Assembly: GCF_009914755.1 (NCBI RefSeq)
Contig: NC_060929.1
Length of the DNA: 64,000 bases
Source of the DNA: the human T2T-CHM13v2.0 reference genome, Homo sapiens
Reading direction: 5' to 3' (one strand)
Shown here: positions 18,631-37,050 of the stretch, piece by piece
How the letters are laid out: every line of letters starts with the position of its first letter
Position numbering within the stretch: position 1 is the first letter of the stretch
Notes under the pieces: generated by a model
Database searches by the model: none
What the model was told of the DNA's origin: nothing
Seen by the model: the letters and a program-made list of their open reading frames with translations, nothing else
Position numbers and translations under genes: made by a program

Positions 18631-19465
18631 AACAGAAACTTTGAATGGAAGTGTAAGGAGGTTGGTGAACCCTCTCCCCAGTAACTGACGAAAATTAGTT
18701 TTTAAAAAGCAGCCATTTAAAGTCTCTGGAAATTGTCCTAAGGTCTAAACAACAAATGAAGAAGCTTTTTTTTTTTCTCAAGAAAATCTATTAAATCTTG
18801 GTAAGAAAAGCAAAAGTCTATGGCATTGGAGCCACAGCCCTCCCCCATTCCTGCCCTAGCTCAGTGTGACAGAAGCTTTACTGCCAAGAAGACGGGGCTG
18901 CCTCTACTCCAAGCTCCCGGTCTGAGGCTACAGTTTCATACTGAGAAACCCAGGCCACTGGTGTCATCCCTCTCAACTCTGTTGCAGAGTCTCTCTCTGG
19001 TGGGATGGCCAAGAGGCCTGGGGCCCCCTTCCCCCACCCAGGCCCCACTCATAGGGCACAAGCTCTGCTCCAGGTACACCAGGCCAAGAATGGTGGACCT
19101 GATAGCCCCTCCCCAGATTGCTTATAGGGTAGAGGTTCCATGTTGAAAGGGGCAAGCCCAGAAGACTAGTGGCTACCATTCCCATCTAGTGAGCAGTCTG
19201 TAGGCCAGGAATGTCACTCTGGGAGAAGCAGGCCACTGACCCTGCTCCTTTAGCTCTGGCTCAGTGGTGCAGGGGCCTGCCCAGAGGGAGAGTCAGAACA
19301 GAAGGCTTCACAGCTCTCCCTAAGGGGACTGACTTTGATCTGAAACAGAGCGTGGAGGATGTTCATGTCTAAGGGCACTGTCAAAAACAACAAGGGTCTT
19401 AGCAGTGAGCAATTAAGAGGAGGCCAATGGTCCTAATAGCAACAAACAAAATGTTAAACCAGCTA

Positions 19466-19564
19466 CAGGTTGAGTGTCCCTTATCTGAAATGCTCGGAAC
19501 CAGAAGCGTTTGGAACCAGAAGTGTTTCGGATTTCAGATTTTCAGATTAAGGATGCTCAACCTG
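19466..19564. mobile_element. Tigger4/MER46-type MITE, internally deleted
   Basis: TIRs caggttgagtgtcccttatctgaaa / tttcagattaaggatgctcaacctg with TA on both sides. Confidence 0.85.
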
Positions 19565-20355
19565 TAGAAGTTAAACAGACAGAACCAGGGACAAAGACAG
19601 CTAAGAGCCCTCCTGAAGGTCTCAATACACCTCAGATACTGGCAACACCCTGCCCCTGTGAAAGGTCTAGAATTTAATTAGGTCATATTGTAGAGCAAGC
19701 TATATACCCCAGGACACTGTCAAAAACAATACAGCAATCAATCGCACTAGCTGTTAGTAGCAGCTAGCAGTTAGTGAAGGCTAACAGTTGGGTGTGATAG
19801 CAATACAGGCAGAATGACCAGAAGCTTAATGGAAAGATCTGGGAAAGAGATAGTCAAAGAGCCTGGCTAATGCCACTACCCCAGGGCATTAGGGGCAGGG
19901 GTGCAGTCAGGGTGACTGCATATGACCAAGGCTGTGACCTCTGGGGAGCAATATCAGTGGCTGCACACTGCAGGGGACATAAGCTTCATTGAAACAGCAG
20001 GACCAGGGCACTAAAATCAACAAGCAAACAGTAGCAGCAAGGCCCAGGGGATCATTATCCAGTTTCTTCAATGTATTATCTAAAGTTTCCAGTTTTCAAG
20101 GAAACTTTCTGAGCCATGAAAAGAAACAGGAAAGTGTGACCCATACGCAGGAAATGAAGCAGGTGACAGAAACTACCACTGAGGAGGCCCAGATGTCTGA
20201 CTCAGCAGACAAAGATTTCAAAGCAGCTATAAGTAATGTGTTTAAAGAACAAAAGGAAATCATGTCTAAAGAACTAAAGGAGAGTACAGGAATGACGTGT
20301 CACCAAATGGAGAATCTCAGTAAAGAGATAGAAATTATAAAAAGAACTGAATAGA

Positions 20356-20776
<421 letters not shown>

Positions 20777-23028
20777 TTAAGAGGTGGGGCCTTAAGGAGA
20801 TCCTTAGGCCATGAGGTCATCCTGGATGGGATTGGGGGCCTTATAAAAGCGCCAGAGGGAGCTAGCGAGGTCCCTTTTTGCCCTTTCGTCCCTGCTGACG
20901 TGAGGACAAATAGCCATTAAGCACACGAAAAGCAACGGAATAGATTTGTGTGTGTGTGTGACAAGGAGCTTTTTGAAGTCAGTCATTTTTCTTGATTTCA
21001 TCGCCCATTTTTTATTACTTTAGTTCCATATTCCATTAATTTTTATCTGAATTTTCTTTCCTTTAACAAATATATTTGAAAATAATAAAAGAAGGTACTT
21101 TTTACACATATATTCCAATCAGAGTCTGTCATTTCTCCCTTATTTTATCAAAACATTCTGGAACCACTTTCAAAATGGCAGTTAAAACAGTATATTATCT
21201 TTATTTTCAGACAAAATGATCTTCTGTATAGAAAATCCCAAAGAATCCCCTACAAAACTTAAAGCTAACAAACAAATTAACTGAGGTTTCAGGAAACAAG
21301 ACCAATATACAAAAAAATCAACTGCATTTCTATAAACTAGTAATAAATGATTTAAAAATGAAATTAAGAAAATAACTCCATTTACAATAGCACCAAAAAG
21401 AAAAAAAGAACCTTAGTAATAAATTGAACAAAAGGAATGCAAAACGTGTCCACTAAAAATTACAATACATCATTGAAAGAAGTTCAAGTTCTAAGTAAAT
21501 GGAAAGACATCTCAATGTTCATTGATCAGTGTTAAAATGGAAATACTTTCACACTGATCTACAGGTTCAACATAATTCCTATCAAAATGCAGACTAGAAT
21601 TTTGCAAAGTTGAGAAGCTGCTCCTAAAATTCATATGGAAAGTCACAGGATGTAGAATAGCCAAAATAATATTGAAAAAAGAGCAAAGTGGGAAGACACT
21701 TCACCATTTCGAAGCTTACTATTAAACTACAGTAATCAAGACAGTGTATCCCTGGCATAAGGACAGACAAATATACCGACGGAATAGAACAAAAGCCTAG
21801 AACTAAACCTTTACATTTGATAAGTTAAACTTTGACAATTCAATGGAAAAGGAATAGTCTCTTCAACGAATGGTTCTGAGACAACTGGATATTCACATGC
21901 AAAAGAATGACGTTGGACATCTTCCTCACACTTACACAAAAATTAACTCAAAAATGGATCACAGATGTCAATGTAAGAGCTGAAACTCTGAGAATAAAAC
22001 ATAGGAGTAAATCTTCTTGACCTAAGTAATGGTTTCTCAAATACAACACCAAAAGCACAGGTGATAAAAGTAAAAATAGATAAATTAGACTTCATCAAAA
22101 TTAAACACTTTTGCACCTCAATGATGCCATCACGAAAGTGAAAAGACAACCCACAGAATGGGAGGAAATATTTGCAGACCACTTACACTGGTGAGTGTGA
22201 TAACAGACTTGTATCCAGAATAAATAAAAAACTCTTAGGATTCAATAATAAAAATATAAATAACTCCATGAAAAAATAAGCAAAGGATCTAAATAGACAT
22301 TTATACAAAAAATATATACAAATTGCCATTAAGCACATGAAAAGACGGTCATCATAGGTCACTAGGGAAATACAAATCAAAACCCCAATGAGATATATCA
22401 CTTCACATGCACTAGGATTGGTATAACAAATAAAATAACAAGTTTTGGGGAGGATATGGAGAAATCTGAAGCATCATTGCCAGTTGGAATGTAAAACAGG
22501 CTGCTTTGGGAAACTGGCAGTTCCTCAAAATGTCAAACATGGAGTTACCATAAAATCCAATGATTCCATTTCTAGGTGTACATCCAAGAAAAACGACCCA
22601 TGCACGCAATACTTTGTACACGAATGTTTGTGCGGTATTTCCCATCATTACCGAAAGGTGGAAACAACCCAAATGTCCATCAACTAATAAATGATGAATA
22701 CCCACACAGTGGATTAGTATTCAGCAACAGGAAGGAATGCAGGGCTGCTGCACACTACAACAGGGATGAGCCCTGTGAACATTATGCCAAGTGAAAGACG
22801 CCAGGCGCAAAATGTCCCATGTTGTATGATTCCATTGATATGAAATGTCCAGAATTGGAAAATCGATAAAGACAGCAAGAGGATGAGTGGCTACGAGTGG
22901 CTATCTGGAGTTGGGCGAGAGTAGGATGGATTGAGGTGACTACTAAAGGGTTTGGAACTTTTCAGAGTGACAAAAATGTTCCAGCGCTTGTTTGTTGTGA
23001 TGGCTGTAAAACTCTATGAATACACTGA

Positions 23029-23374
<346 letters not shown>

Positions 23375-24269
23375 TGAATTTAAATATAGATCTCACCTTA
23401 TTAAAGCTGTTAGGGAAAAAAACCAATACCAACCAAACAGGCAGCAGATGGAGTTGGCCAGCACTTGGCCCTGGCATATTGAGGGAAATTCTTTCTTTTT
23501 AAAAAATGATCAGTACTTTAAAGAAGTTATGGGTGACGCCATCTGAACATTTAGGATGATGACATTTGGAGGAGGTGCTCTCTGGTTTCCGTCCTTGATG
23601 TGGTTTTCAGGGCATTTCAAGTTTTCTCTGTGGGAGCTTGACTTTAAGACACTCTTTGGATGAGCAACGCTCAGTAGCAGTTGCCGTGGACGCCCTGACT
23701 GCAGTGGCAGCGTTCGCAGCTCCCTGGCGTCTTTGATGTTGTCAACATTTCATGGCAAATCAGAAAGATGTCTGAACCATTTTCCTATGTGTTCATCAGA
23801 TTCACTCCTCTTCGTTAATGAGACTGTCAAACGCTCCAAGGCCTGTTAACTTCTTTGATATGTGTCTCTTCCTCCTAATGAGCAACTGCTTTTGGTTTGA
23901 TATAAAACCTTTCTTTTTTGGTGACAATGAGCTTTTTGAAGTCAGAGTTATTATTTTTTTTATTTCCTTGCTCATTTTCTACTACTTTAGTTTCATATCC
24001 CATTAATTTTTATCTGAATTTTCTTTCCTTTCTAATAAATAAATTAGAAAATGATAAAAGGTATATTTGATACATATATCCAAATCACAGTCTGTCATTT
24101 CTTCCTTATTTTATGGAAACATTCCCAAGCCACTTTCAAAACGGAAGTGAAAACAGTGCCTTCAGACGTAACCAACATTTCTGCATCTCGCTTTCATTGC
24201 GGTTTCTCTTCTGTCTTTGAAATTTTTTAGAGCCCTTCATTTATTGTCATCCATATGTTGTGAGGCTAG

Positions 24270-24776
<507 letters not shown>

Positions 24777-26318
24777 TGAGGGAAATGGCCAGCACACAGC
24801 CTGTATTCTGCAATGACCCTAGATGAGTTGGCACAGCGGTGTGGCGAGTATTTCTGGAAGCTACTATTACACCTGGACAGACACAATCATTTAACTCTAC
24901 TTGTAAGAGACAGAATCATGGCAATAAGCCAAAACAAATGCCCTCAATCCATTTTCTCTGTAGCCAAAGCAGCAAAATGCCCAAGGCCATTCTAATGGCA
25001 CCCACAGGAGGGGAAGTGTATCAGTGGCACCCACGGGAGGAGAATTGTATCAATGAGAAGCAGGAATGAAAAGAGAAGTGCTGTTAATCAAGTATGGTTA
25101 AAATATCTTATTTTTGCAAAATTTACAAAAATGTGACCATGTAAACACATGGCTTGGCCTCTCCCAGGGTCTCGGAAGGGGCTCCTGTGAGCAAGGGACC
25201 CCAAAGCGTAAGCATCATGAGCTTCATGGTAAATCGACTTCTGCTTCCCTCCCAAAGCCCCTCCATGGCTCCCCACTCGCAGCAGGACAAGCCCTGTGGC
25301 TGGCATCAAAGACTCGGTACGACTGGCCTCTACTTACGCCTCAGGGTCACCTTCCCCCAGCACAGCAGCACTGCAGCGCTGGCGGCTCTGAACAGACCGC
25401 ACTCCCTTCCCTCCCTGCCCCTGTGCACGCCTCCATCTCCTCAACACACGCCTGGCACAGCAGACCCTGTGCTGTGCCACCCAGATCCCTCTTCAGGACC
25501 AAGTCGTTTATTCCTCAAGCTGTGGAGCATGTGGGCTGCTCATGGCTCACAGCTGAGTTCTTCTCCAGGAACAGCCCCCAGGAACAGTCCCCTTTCCTGC
25601 AGACAGCCATAGCCAGTGACTGGTCAGGGTTGCGGTTCAAACGTTGCTTCAATTGGGCCAACTCTGAAAGGCTCCAGAGCTGCACGTGGCGCTGGCCGAG
25701 CCCTCTGCTGAGGTCGCATCCCTGTGCAGTGCCTCACTCTCCCCACGGTGCTGGCCCTGAAAGTGCGCCCTGGAATTCCTGCCACCAGGTCTCTGTGTCT
25801 GAGGTCATTGCTGGGGAGCCGTCCTCCTGTGTCCATGCCTGAGCTGCTCCCCTCCCGTGCTTCCTTCCTGGTCCTCCTCGCTCGGGCAAGCCCCACCTAG
25901 CGCCCACCTGTGCCCACATCTCCCCTTCCTTCCTAGCAAAGGCCCCTCATTCTCATGCCTTGCTAAAACCCTCCCAGACCTGCCTTTGTGGCAGTCTGAG
26001 CCACGTGGGGACTGCAGAGGCCGCCACTCTGGATTCTCCCTCCCAGACGGAGGGGGGTACTGTGGGCAGGTGGTCAAGGGCTCCTCCCATCAGGCTGGGC
26101 CAACAGGAACTGGCTGGGGCCAGGCAGGCCTGGCTCCCGGCCCCTGGGGGGTCCTAGCCATCTCTTTCCTGGGCACCATTACCTCATCTCTTGCCCCCAA
26201 AGCTCCCCTCACTCGAGCATGGAGGGGAGGGGAACAACCCAGAGAAATGCTGGCTGGCGTTCCCCTCAGCCAGTGGCGCAGGTGGGGTTGCAGGCGAGGA
26301 GGGGCCCAGGTAAGGCAG

Positions 26319-26645
26319 TGCTGTGGCCTGAGTGCGTGTGTCCCCTCAAATTCATATGGTGAAGCCCTAACCCCCAGTGTGGGGGCCTTCGGGAAGCGTT
26401 AGGTGATGGCCCTCATGAGTGGGACTGATGTCCTCATGAGAAGAGACCTGAGAGAGATGCCCTCTCTCCCTGCCATGTGAGGAGACCACAGGAAGATGGC
26501 AAGCCAGGAAGAGGGTCCTCCCAGAAGCCAACCTTGCTGGCACCCTGACCTTGGGCTTCCCAGCCTCCAGGACTGCGAAGAACAAGGCTCTGTTGTGTAA
26601 GCCACCCAGTCTGCGGTATTTCTGTTAGAGCAGCCGAAGCTGAGG
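26319..26645 (+). mobile_element. MaLR solo LTR (MLT1/MST-type)
   Basis: tgtcccctcaaattcatatg...gccatgtgagga...cttcccagcctccaggactg...taagccacccagtctg. Confidence 0.85.
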
Positions 26646-28102
26646 AAGATGGAGTGTGAGCTGTCCTGGCACCGTGGAAGGCTGCGGCCGGGGCAGACTC
26701 TAAGTCACTGGTGGCCGCAGGAACCAGGAGCCAGGAGGATGGAAGGAGCCACGCAGTGGTCCTCCTGTCCCAACTGGGCAAGACGGTGCCTAACCTGGAA
26801 ATGGAAGCTGGGCATGACCACTCAGGGTCCTTGCGGGAAAGGGTGGGAGAGAAGATGATTGCTTTCCAGATGTAAAATCACAGCGTGAGAGAACAGTGAT
26901 GCACAGGACAGGGAAACATACAGACCCACATTCAGGGATTCTGACAGCAGCCCGGGAGGAGCCCGTCTTCCACGTTCCCCCAACATCCCCACACCGAATC
27001 CTGATCTAGGTCGGTTCCAGCCTGTGCTCCTCGGGAACCAGGGGAGGCTGAGCAGAGCCCCAGCTCTGCCCCTCAGTCAGCACAACTATCTTTAATACAT
27101 AAAAGGCAATTTCACTTACTGGGCTAAATGCAGAGGATCCTACCACCAAAATGAGTGAAGGGCTGCGGCCAGGTGGGTGGTCTCTGTGAGGTGGGGACAC
27201 TTCGGTTGCATCTGCTCACTGTCCTTACCAGACCTCCCTCTGCCCCACTTCTACCTTGCAGGAAAAGCAGGGGGCAATCAGCTGGGGTGCAGGCCAGCCA
27301 CACACACACATATGGGGGCCCCACCAGCTCCTGCTCCTGCTCCTGCTCCCTGAACCAGCATGCCTGTGCAGGGCCTGCCTCCCATTCCCTCTGCCTCCTC
27401 CCTGCCTGGGGTGGGTGCGGCGGGCGGGGAGCCATGCTTAGCTGGCCTTGTTCTCCAACTCAGCTTTTCCGAAGCTCCCCCTGGGGCCACGGCAGATGTT
27501 CTGCCCCGCTCCTTCTGCTGAGGGCCTGTGGGAAGGGGAATAGCTGGGTGGTTCTGGCCTCACTGGGCCCCCAGCAACTTACCAACAACTCACTTCGGAC
27601 TTCTAACCCTTCATTAAGTCTGGGCACATCTTAAAAACACCAATTCCCAGGTCTTCGAACAAAACCTTATACACAAATGTTCACAGCGGCGTGACTCACG
27701 ACGGCCAAAAGGTGGAAACCAACCAAATGTCCCTCCGTGGAGAAACGGATACACCAAATGTGGCACACCCACACGACGGGAGGTTATTCAGCGATCGAGA
27801 GAAATGGAATGTGGATAGATGCCACACAGGATGGCCCTTGGAAACATTCTGCTGAATGAAGTGAGTCAGACACAAAAGGCCACATATATATGATTCCATT
27901 TATATGAAATTCCGGAATAGGCAACTCTATAGAGACAGAAAGCAGGTTGGTGCTAGCCAGGGGATGGGGCGAGGAGGGAGGGGAGAGGTGACTGATAAAT
28001 GGCGCTTCCTTTTTGCAGGGATGAAAAGCTCTGGGACCGGGTAGTGGCGATGGTTGCCCAATATTGCAAATGTACTAAATGCCACCGAATGGTGCACTTC
28101 AC

Positions 28103-28401
28103 TTTTATTTTTATTTTTTGAGACAGGGTCTTGCTGTGTGATCCAGACTGGAGAGCAGCGACGCGATCTTGGCTCACCGCAACCTCCGCCTCCTGGGCTC
28201 AAACGATTTTCATGCCTCAGCCTCCGGAGTAGCTGGGATTACAGGCACCCACCACCGCGCCCAGCTAATTTTTGTATTTTTAGTAGAGACGGGATTTTGC
28301 CATGTTAACCAGACTTGTCTTGAACTTCTGACCTCAGGCGATCCACCTACCTTGGCCTCCCAAAGTGCTGGGATAACAGGCATGAGCCACCGCGCCCGGC
28401 C
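28103..28401 (-). mobile_element. Alu (AluS), sense to ADAMTS2, exonised
   Basis: Full Alu overlapping the alternative terminal exon. Confidence 0.96.
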
Positions 28402-28405
28402 TGAA
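28334..28405 (-). CDS. ADAMTS2: ADAMTS2 alternative terminal exon, coding part (short isoform), Alu-derived
   Basis: tttacacag|TTC AGG CCG GGC..., phase 0 like the exon 10 donor; encodes [23 protein letters not shown] which matches my recollection of the short isoform C-terminus; AATAAA x2 in Alu tail at 28104-28115. Confidence 0.88.
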   Translation of the reverse strand, partial: FRPGAVAHACYPSTLGGQGRWIA

Positions 28406-28986
28406 CTGTGTAAAGTGGTTCAGATAGTGAATTTTGTGAGAATTTTTACCATAGTTTAAAAAAGAACACCAAAAACAATTATTGGATCCTACCCCAAACA
28501 AAAGTCTTCAAGGATGGGCCTGGGAATTTGTTTCTTTCAGAAGCTCCGCCAGAGACTAAAATTAGGCAGCTGGCCCAGTCCCGAGCCAAAGACTTCCATC
28601 AAGGAGCCACAGGTCCATACAGTTTGGGGGCGTCCTAGGCCTGGCTGGGATGTGCACCGGTGTCCACTCCCTACTCCCTGCCCCCACTGCAGGGCCAAGG
28701 TGGTCTCAGTGGGGCTGAGCCTTCCTGGGTGGGGATCCAGGCTTAGCTCATCTGCATATGCCAGCCCCCTAGCAAGTAACTGGCTGAGGAGTGGGTGTGT
28801 GATTTCATCTGAACAAATGAGAATCAGGTCTGGAGTTCTGGGAGGACAACAGGGAAGAAGTCCTTCTTTCAAGAGTCACCAGAGGGTGGGAAGTGGGCCT
28901 GGGGCAGCCATCAAGGGACCTCGAAGGACAGTGTGCCCAACAAGGGACAAACACTGAGGTCCTGGGGATGGAAAGGTTAAGCCTCA

Positions 28987-29499
<513 letters not shown>

Positions 29500-30059
29500 T
29501 CAGGGACCTCCCAGGGATGCCACCCACCCCCGGGTTCTGGAACCTGAGATGCCCCAGTGGGACTGGCCCATGATGGGCCCGTGAGGCTGGTGGGTGTTGT
29601 GATTCTGGGGTGGTGAAGACCTTGCCCATACGGTGTGGAGGCTGCAGCATCCCTGGACGCGGCTGGGCCTCTCTGCCTCCAGTCTTTGGAGGCTGCACAC
29701 CTCAGGGAGCCTGGCGGGCAGCTGGGCCCTAAGTGCCAGCCTGAGGCTAGGTGGGCACCTGCTGACCCTTTGCCGTGGATTTCCCTCCTAAACCCTGGCG
29801 AAGCCCTACCCCCACCCCCACAGGCCTGCCCTCTCTGCAGCCTCGGCCTCCCCTGGACTTCACAGTCCTGTTCCCTGGCCTTTCTGCTTCCTGTCCTGAT
29901 AGCACTTCCTGCAGGACGTCCCTGAGGGATCAGCTGAAACTCAGACGTGGCCCTGAGCCTCCCCTACTCAAGCCTTTCCAGAGCCCCCATCGCCATGAGA
30001 ATCGAGTCCACTGTGCTCCTTAGGGAGTCTTGGAAGGAGGTGGCCCTCCTGCGTTGGTA

Positions 30060-30200
30060 CTCGACTCTACCACTTGCTCGCTTTGTGGGCTCAGGCAGGT
30101 TACCTAGCCTCTCCGGGTCTCTGTTTCCTCATCTGTAAAATGGGACTACTTTGCTTCTTTCCTTCATGCAGCAGAGGCGAGCATTAAGACGCTCATAGAC
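30060..30200. mobile_element. MIR fragment
   Basis: ggcaggttacctagcctctccgggtctctgtttcctcatctgtaaaatggg core. Confidence 0.75.
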
Positions 30201-30695
30201 ACTGAAGCTCCCACAGTGTGGCCTCCATGCCGATGGCCGGTTCCTCTGACGGCTCAGCCCTGGCACTTGGCCCTGGAGAGCAGCGAGTGCTCCTGTGCCT
30301 GCCGCGCTCTCCTCCAGGCCTCTGCGTCCGTGGCCTCTGCGTCCGTGGCCCTCCCTTCCTGAATGCCCTCTCCTTCCGCTTAGCCTGCAGGCCTCCCTTC
30401 TTCCTTGGGAGCCCTCCTGACCTCTGCAGGCTCTCACTGCCCCTGGCTGACACCCTGGTCACAGTCCTGTCCCCCGTGTGCTTCCTGCCTAGGACCACGT
30501 CTGGGCCTGCCAGGTGGGCTCAGGGTGCCTAGGGGGTGGGGAGTGGTGGGTGCAGAGGGACAGGCTGCCACTCTGGAGGGCCGCTCTGCCCTCCCCACAC
30601 TGGGCCGGTCCTCACACTGTCCCGGGAGCTGCCCCTACACCAGCACGCCTCCCCCCAGACCTGGGAGGGTCCCGGCTGCAGGGCTGCACACTCAC

Positions 30696-30828
30696 CGCCG
30701 TGCACATCATGTAGCCCAGGCCGAAGTCAAAGCGGCATTGCTCGTTCATGGAGTAGTGCAGTCCCGGGAGCTGGGGCAGCGCCGGCCAGTCGTGGGCGAA
30801 GGGGTCATCCAGCAGGCAGTCATAGGAG
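30696..30828 (-). CDS. ADAMTS2: ADAMTS2 exon 9 (133 nt), end of catalytic domain / start of disintegrin-like domain
   Basis: ccacag|CTCC...GCG|gtgagt; [44 protein letters not shown]. Confidence 0.97.
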
Positions 30829-31252
30829 CTGTGGGGGACACACGGTGCCGCGAGCAGCCTTCAGCGCGGCTGACCATCCACAGCCCTGGAGGCAGCTGAG
30901 GCCCCTGCTGGAGCTGCCATGGCAGCCCTACCTGCACATCCCGGCCCCTGGCTGTGCTGCCTCAGTTTCCCTGCTGCATCTCTTGTCCTTGGTGTAAGAC
31001 ACCAGGACCTGGCTTGAGCGGACCCCAGGGTAGCCGCCGTGCCCACTTGCCATTCAAGGACAGACCCCTGACAATGGGTTCTCCTCCAGACACCAGGCTT
31101 CTCTCACAGGTGTGCCCTCTCTCCTCCCCCGCACACAAGCTTAGAGGACCTGAGGTCGGAGGGCTCTGGCTCTGGTGCATGGGGACTTGCACCCTCCCAG
31201 AGCTGACCCCAGGGACTGAGGGGTCGCCCACGGGGCACATGGGCAGTACTCA

Positions 31253-31780
<528 letters not shown>

Positions 31781-32017
31781 CTAGCTGGCCCAGAGCGCCT
31801 GCTCAGTCTGCAGGCAAGCCCTTCCTCCTTCAATTGGTTCCTTCAGCAAAAGTGGGCCTCGGGCCAGCACTGCCCAGCGCTGGGAAGACAGGAGACCACA
31901 CCCCAAGTGGCTTTGACACAGGGCGTGTCCCTCTTAAGGCACAGAGGAGAAGTGGGCAGCCAGGGCTGGGGATCCTAGGGTGGCCCCTCTGTGCCCCACC
32001 CTTCCCCAGGCCACTTA

Positions 32018-32188
<171 letters not shown>

Positions 32189-33199
32189 CTAACTCCCAGG
32201 CGCTGCTTCTCCTCAAGGCCCCAATGCCCTCTCTACCACAGGCAACTGCCCCCGGCTGGCACAGCTCAGAAGACACCACAGCAGACAGCTCATAGCCTGT
32301 GACATCTGGCTGACAGCAGGCCCCCAGCCCGTCACCACACAAGCCCCGTGGCCGTTCTGCCTGTAACAGCCACACTGCAGCTGGGGCCCTCTGCTTAGTC
32401 AGATGTCACCTGCTATGGCTTGTCTGACACCTGACTTTCCTGCCTGCCGTTCTCTTTCACGCCACCTGCCTCTGCCCCCTGCCTGCCTCACTGAGTGGCC
32501 CCTGAGCAGCACCTGCTTCCACACCTCTCTCTGCTAGAGGCATCCTGCCCCTCGTCTGCCTGGTATCACACCCTCCAAGCCCACCTCCTCTGGGGGGCGT
32601 TTCTTGGGTCTCCCCGTGTTTCTCTGGGGTCCTTGAGACCCTAGCTAGACCTGTTTCCATAATGCCGCAGAAGGCTGCAAAGCTGTTCAGCCGATGGGCC
32701 ACACTACCCTGCAGAATATCCCAGCAGGGGGCTGGCTGGTGCGGACTGGGAGGTCAGAGCCGCCGTAGAAGATGAGGCCAGTGGCCTACGACAGCCCAGG
32801 GCCAGGGGGAGGGTGGCAGAAGTTCATGACGCAGAGACCCCACGTCAAACTGAGGAAGATGGATAATGAGACCTATTCACTTCCCCAGCTCCTGTCTCAG
32901 CAGAGGGAGGCGGCTTGGAAAGATAGGGAAGTGCCTACAGGGCTATGGGTGCCACACGAGGTCTCTGCTTGTACCCCTGGGAGTCTTCCTAGAGGCCTGC
33001 CAAGCATGGAGCCCTGACTTTCAGAACCCCAACCTGCCCTCACTCCTGCCATGCCCCACTGAGAGACCCTGAGGCCACGCGTTCCACAGAGAAGGGAAGG
33101 AGGGCCACTGGGACCCCGGGTGAGCTGGCGGTGTACGCGCCTAAAAATAGAAGCATCGTGATCTAACCCTTGTCTTTTCCCGTTGTAATAAACAGGAAA

Positions 33200-35780
<2,581 letters not shown>

Positions 35781-35927
35781 CCACACCCTCACCCAGCTAA
35801 GGTGGCCACGGCCTTCCCTGCCCTGACACTCTTCCCTGGGCTGGGCCAAGGCTCCCGGGGCCCCTTGCATGGCCAGGGGCTCATTTCCAGCTTCACGCCT
35901 CTGTGGCCCTGCATGGGTGAGGCTCAC

Positions 35928-36084
35928 CTTGCATGCCGGAAGGCCCAAAGTCCTGCCGTGTGAGGAAGATGGCGTGATCGTGGTATTCATCGTGGCCCGT
36001 GTCTGGCTTCTGCTGGAGGTAGGCCCAGCGGCAGACATTCTCCAGGCTCTGAGAGGGGTTCCCGATCTCGATGAGGCTCATGGA
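35928..36084 (-). CDS. ADAMTS2: ADAMTS2 exon 6 (157 nt), metalloprotease domain
   Basis: ctgcag|TCC...CAAG|gtgagc; [52 protein letters not shown]. Confidence 0.97.
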
Positions 36085-36633
36085 CTGCAGGGGGATGGAG
36101 AGAAATGGAAGAGAGAGGTTGGCGCCTGGTGGCCCAGTGGGGGGCCGAGCAGGCTGTAGTGTTGACAGACCCCATCCACTGGGAATCTGTTCCAGGTGGT
36201 ACAAAGGCCCTGCCCGGTCACTCTCAGGACCTGCTCCCACTGGGCTCCAGTCTTTGACAGGGAAGAAAAGTTTCCCCAGTCACACTCACCTGCGTGAGTT
36301 TCCACACAAAGTCACCGCAGTTTTCAGGTGAGATGCAGAAGCCAAGCTCTACGTCATCTAAGGCCTCGCATAGTCCCACCGTCTACCCCATTTCCAGAAG
36401 TCCCTGTGTTTGTTCTATGAGGCACCTGTTCCGTGCAAGGCCTCCACAGAAGGCAAATGTCATGTGGACCTCACCCCAAAGAGCTCACAGTTTTGGGAGG
36501 GTCCGTGGCAGGGGAGGCGGAAATTCCAGTGTGGTGTGCAAGGCCAGAGGAAGCAGATCACCTTATACGTTCCCCCCGTGTGAAGGTACTTGCAGAAACC
36601 AACACAATGGAGGAAAAGAAACAGCAACTGACA

Positions 36634-36707
36634 TATTTGGTGGGTGCAAAAGTAATCGCAGTATTGCCATGAAAAGTAATGGCAAAGACTTTGGCATCAA
36701 CCTAATA
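36634..36707. mobile_element. MADE1 (Hsmar1 MITE), right arm partly deleted
   Basis: ggtgcaaaagtaatcgcagtattgccat...aatggcaaa...caacctaata. Confidence 0.85.
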
Positions 36708-36924
36708 GAAAAACAGCCATATCAAGAACAAGGGCATACACAGATGATTCCCACAGGAACTATGCATGGGAAGCCCCCGGGAACCATCCCATTCCATTTT
36801 GTATCATGACGCACACCTGACAGCTAGGGTGGCCTCGGGACCGCTCGTCTTGCACACTCTCTCTGCACCATGACATCAGCAGGCACTCCCATTTAGACTT
36901 CAGGACTAAGAAGCCTGTCTTGGA

Positions 36925-37050
36925 CAGGAAACTGAGACTCAGAGAAGTTAAGAAGCTTGCCCAGGTCATGAAACTAGGAAGTAGGAGAATTGAGATCGGA
37001 TCCCAAGAAGGCTGAAACCAAAATCTAGATTCAACTCACTGCCCTAAACT
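36925..37050. mobile_element. MIR fragment
   Basis: ggaaactgagactcagagaagttaagaagcttgcccaggtca. Confidence 0.7.

Larger units (their letters stand above)
27650..28465 (+). mobile_element. L1M 3' end fragment, interrupted by an Alu
   Basis: aaatgttcacagc...ggaaaccaaccaaatgtcc...tgattccatttatatgaaat. Confidence 0.85.

Noticed and set aside
19989-20354. 121-aa coiled-coil-like ORF
   Set aside because: Remnant of L1M ORF1 disrupted by an Alu; not a gene
30317-30350. Short local tandem duplications (also about 49575-49655, 49776-49805, 50863-50902)
   Set aside because: Two-copy slippage events common in introns; no functional signal
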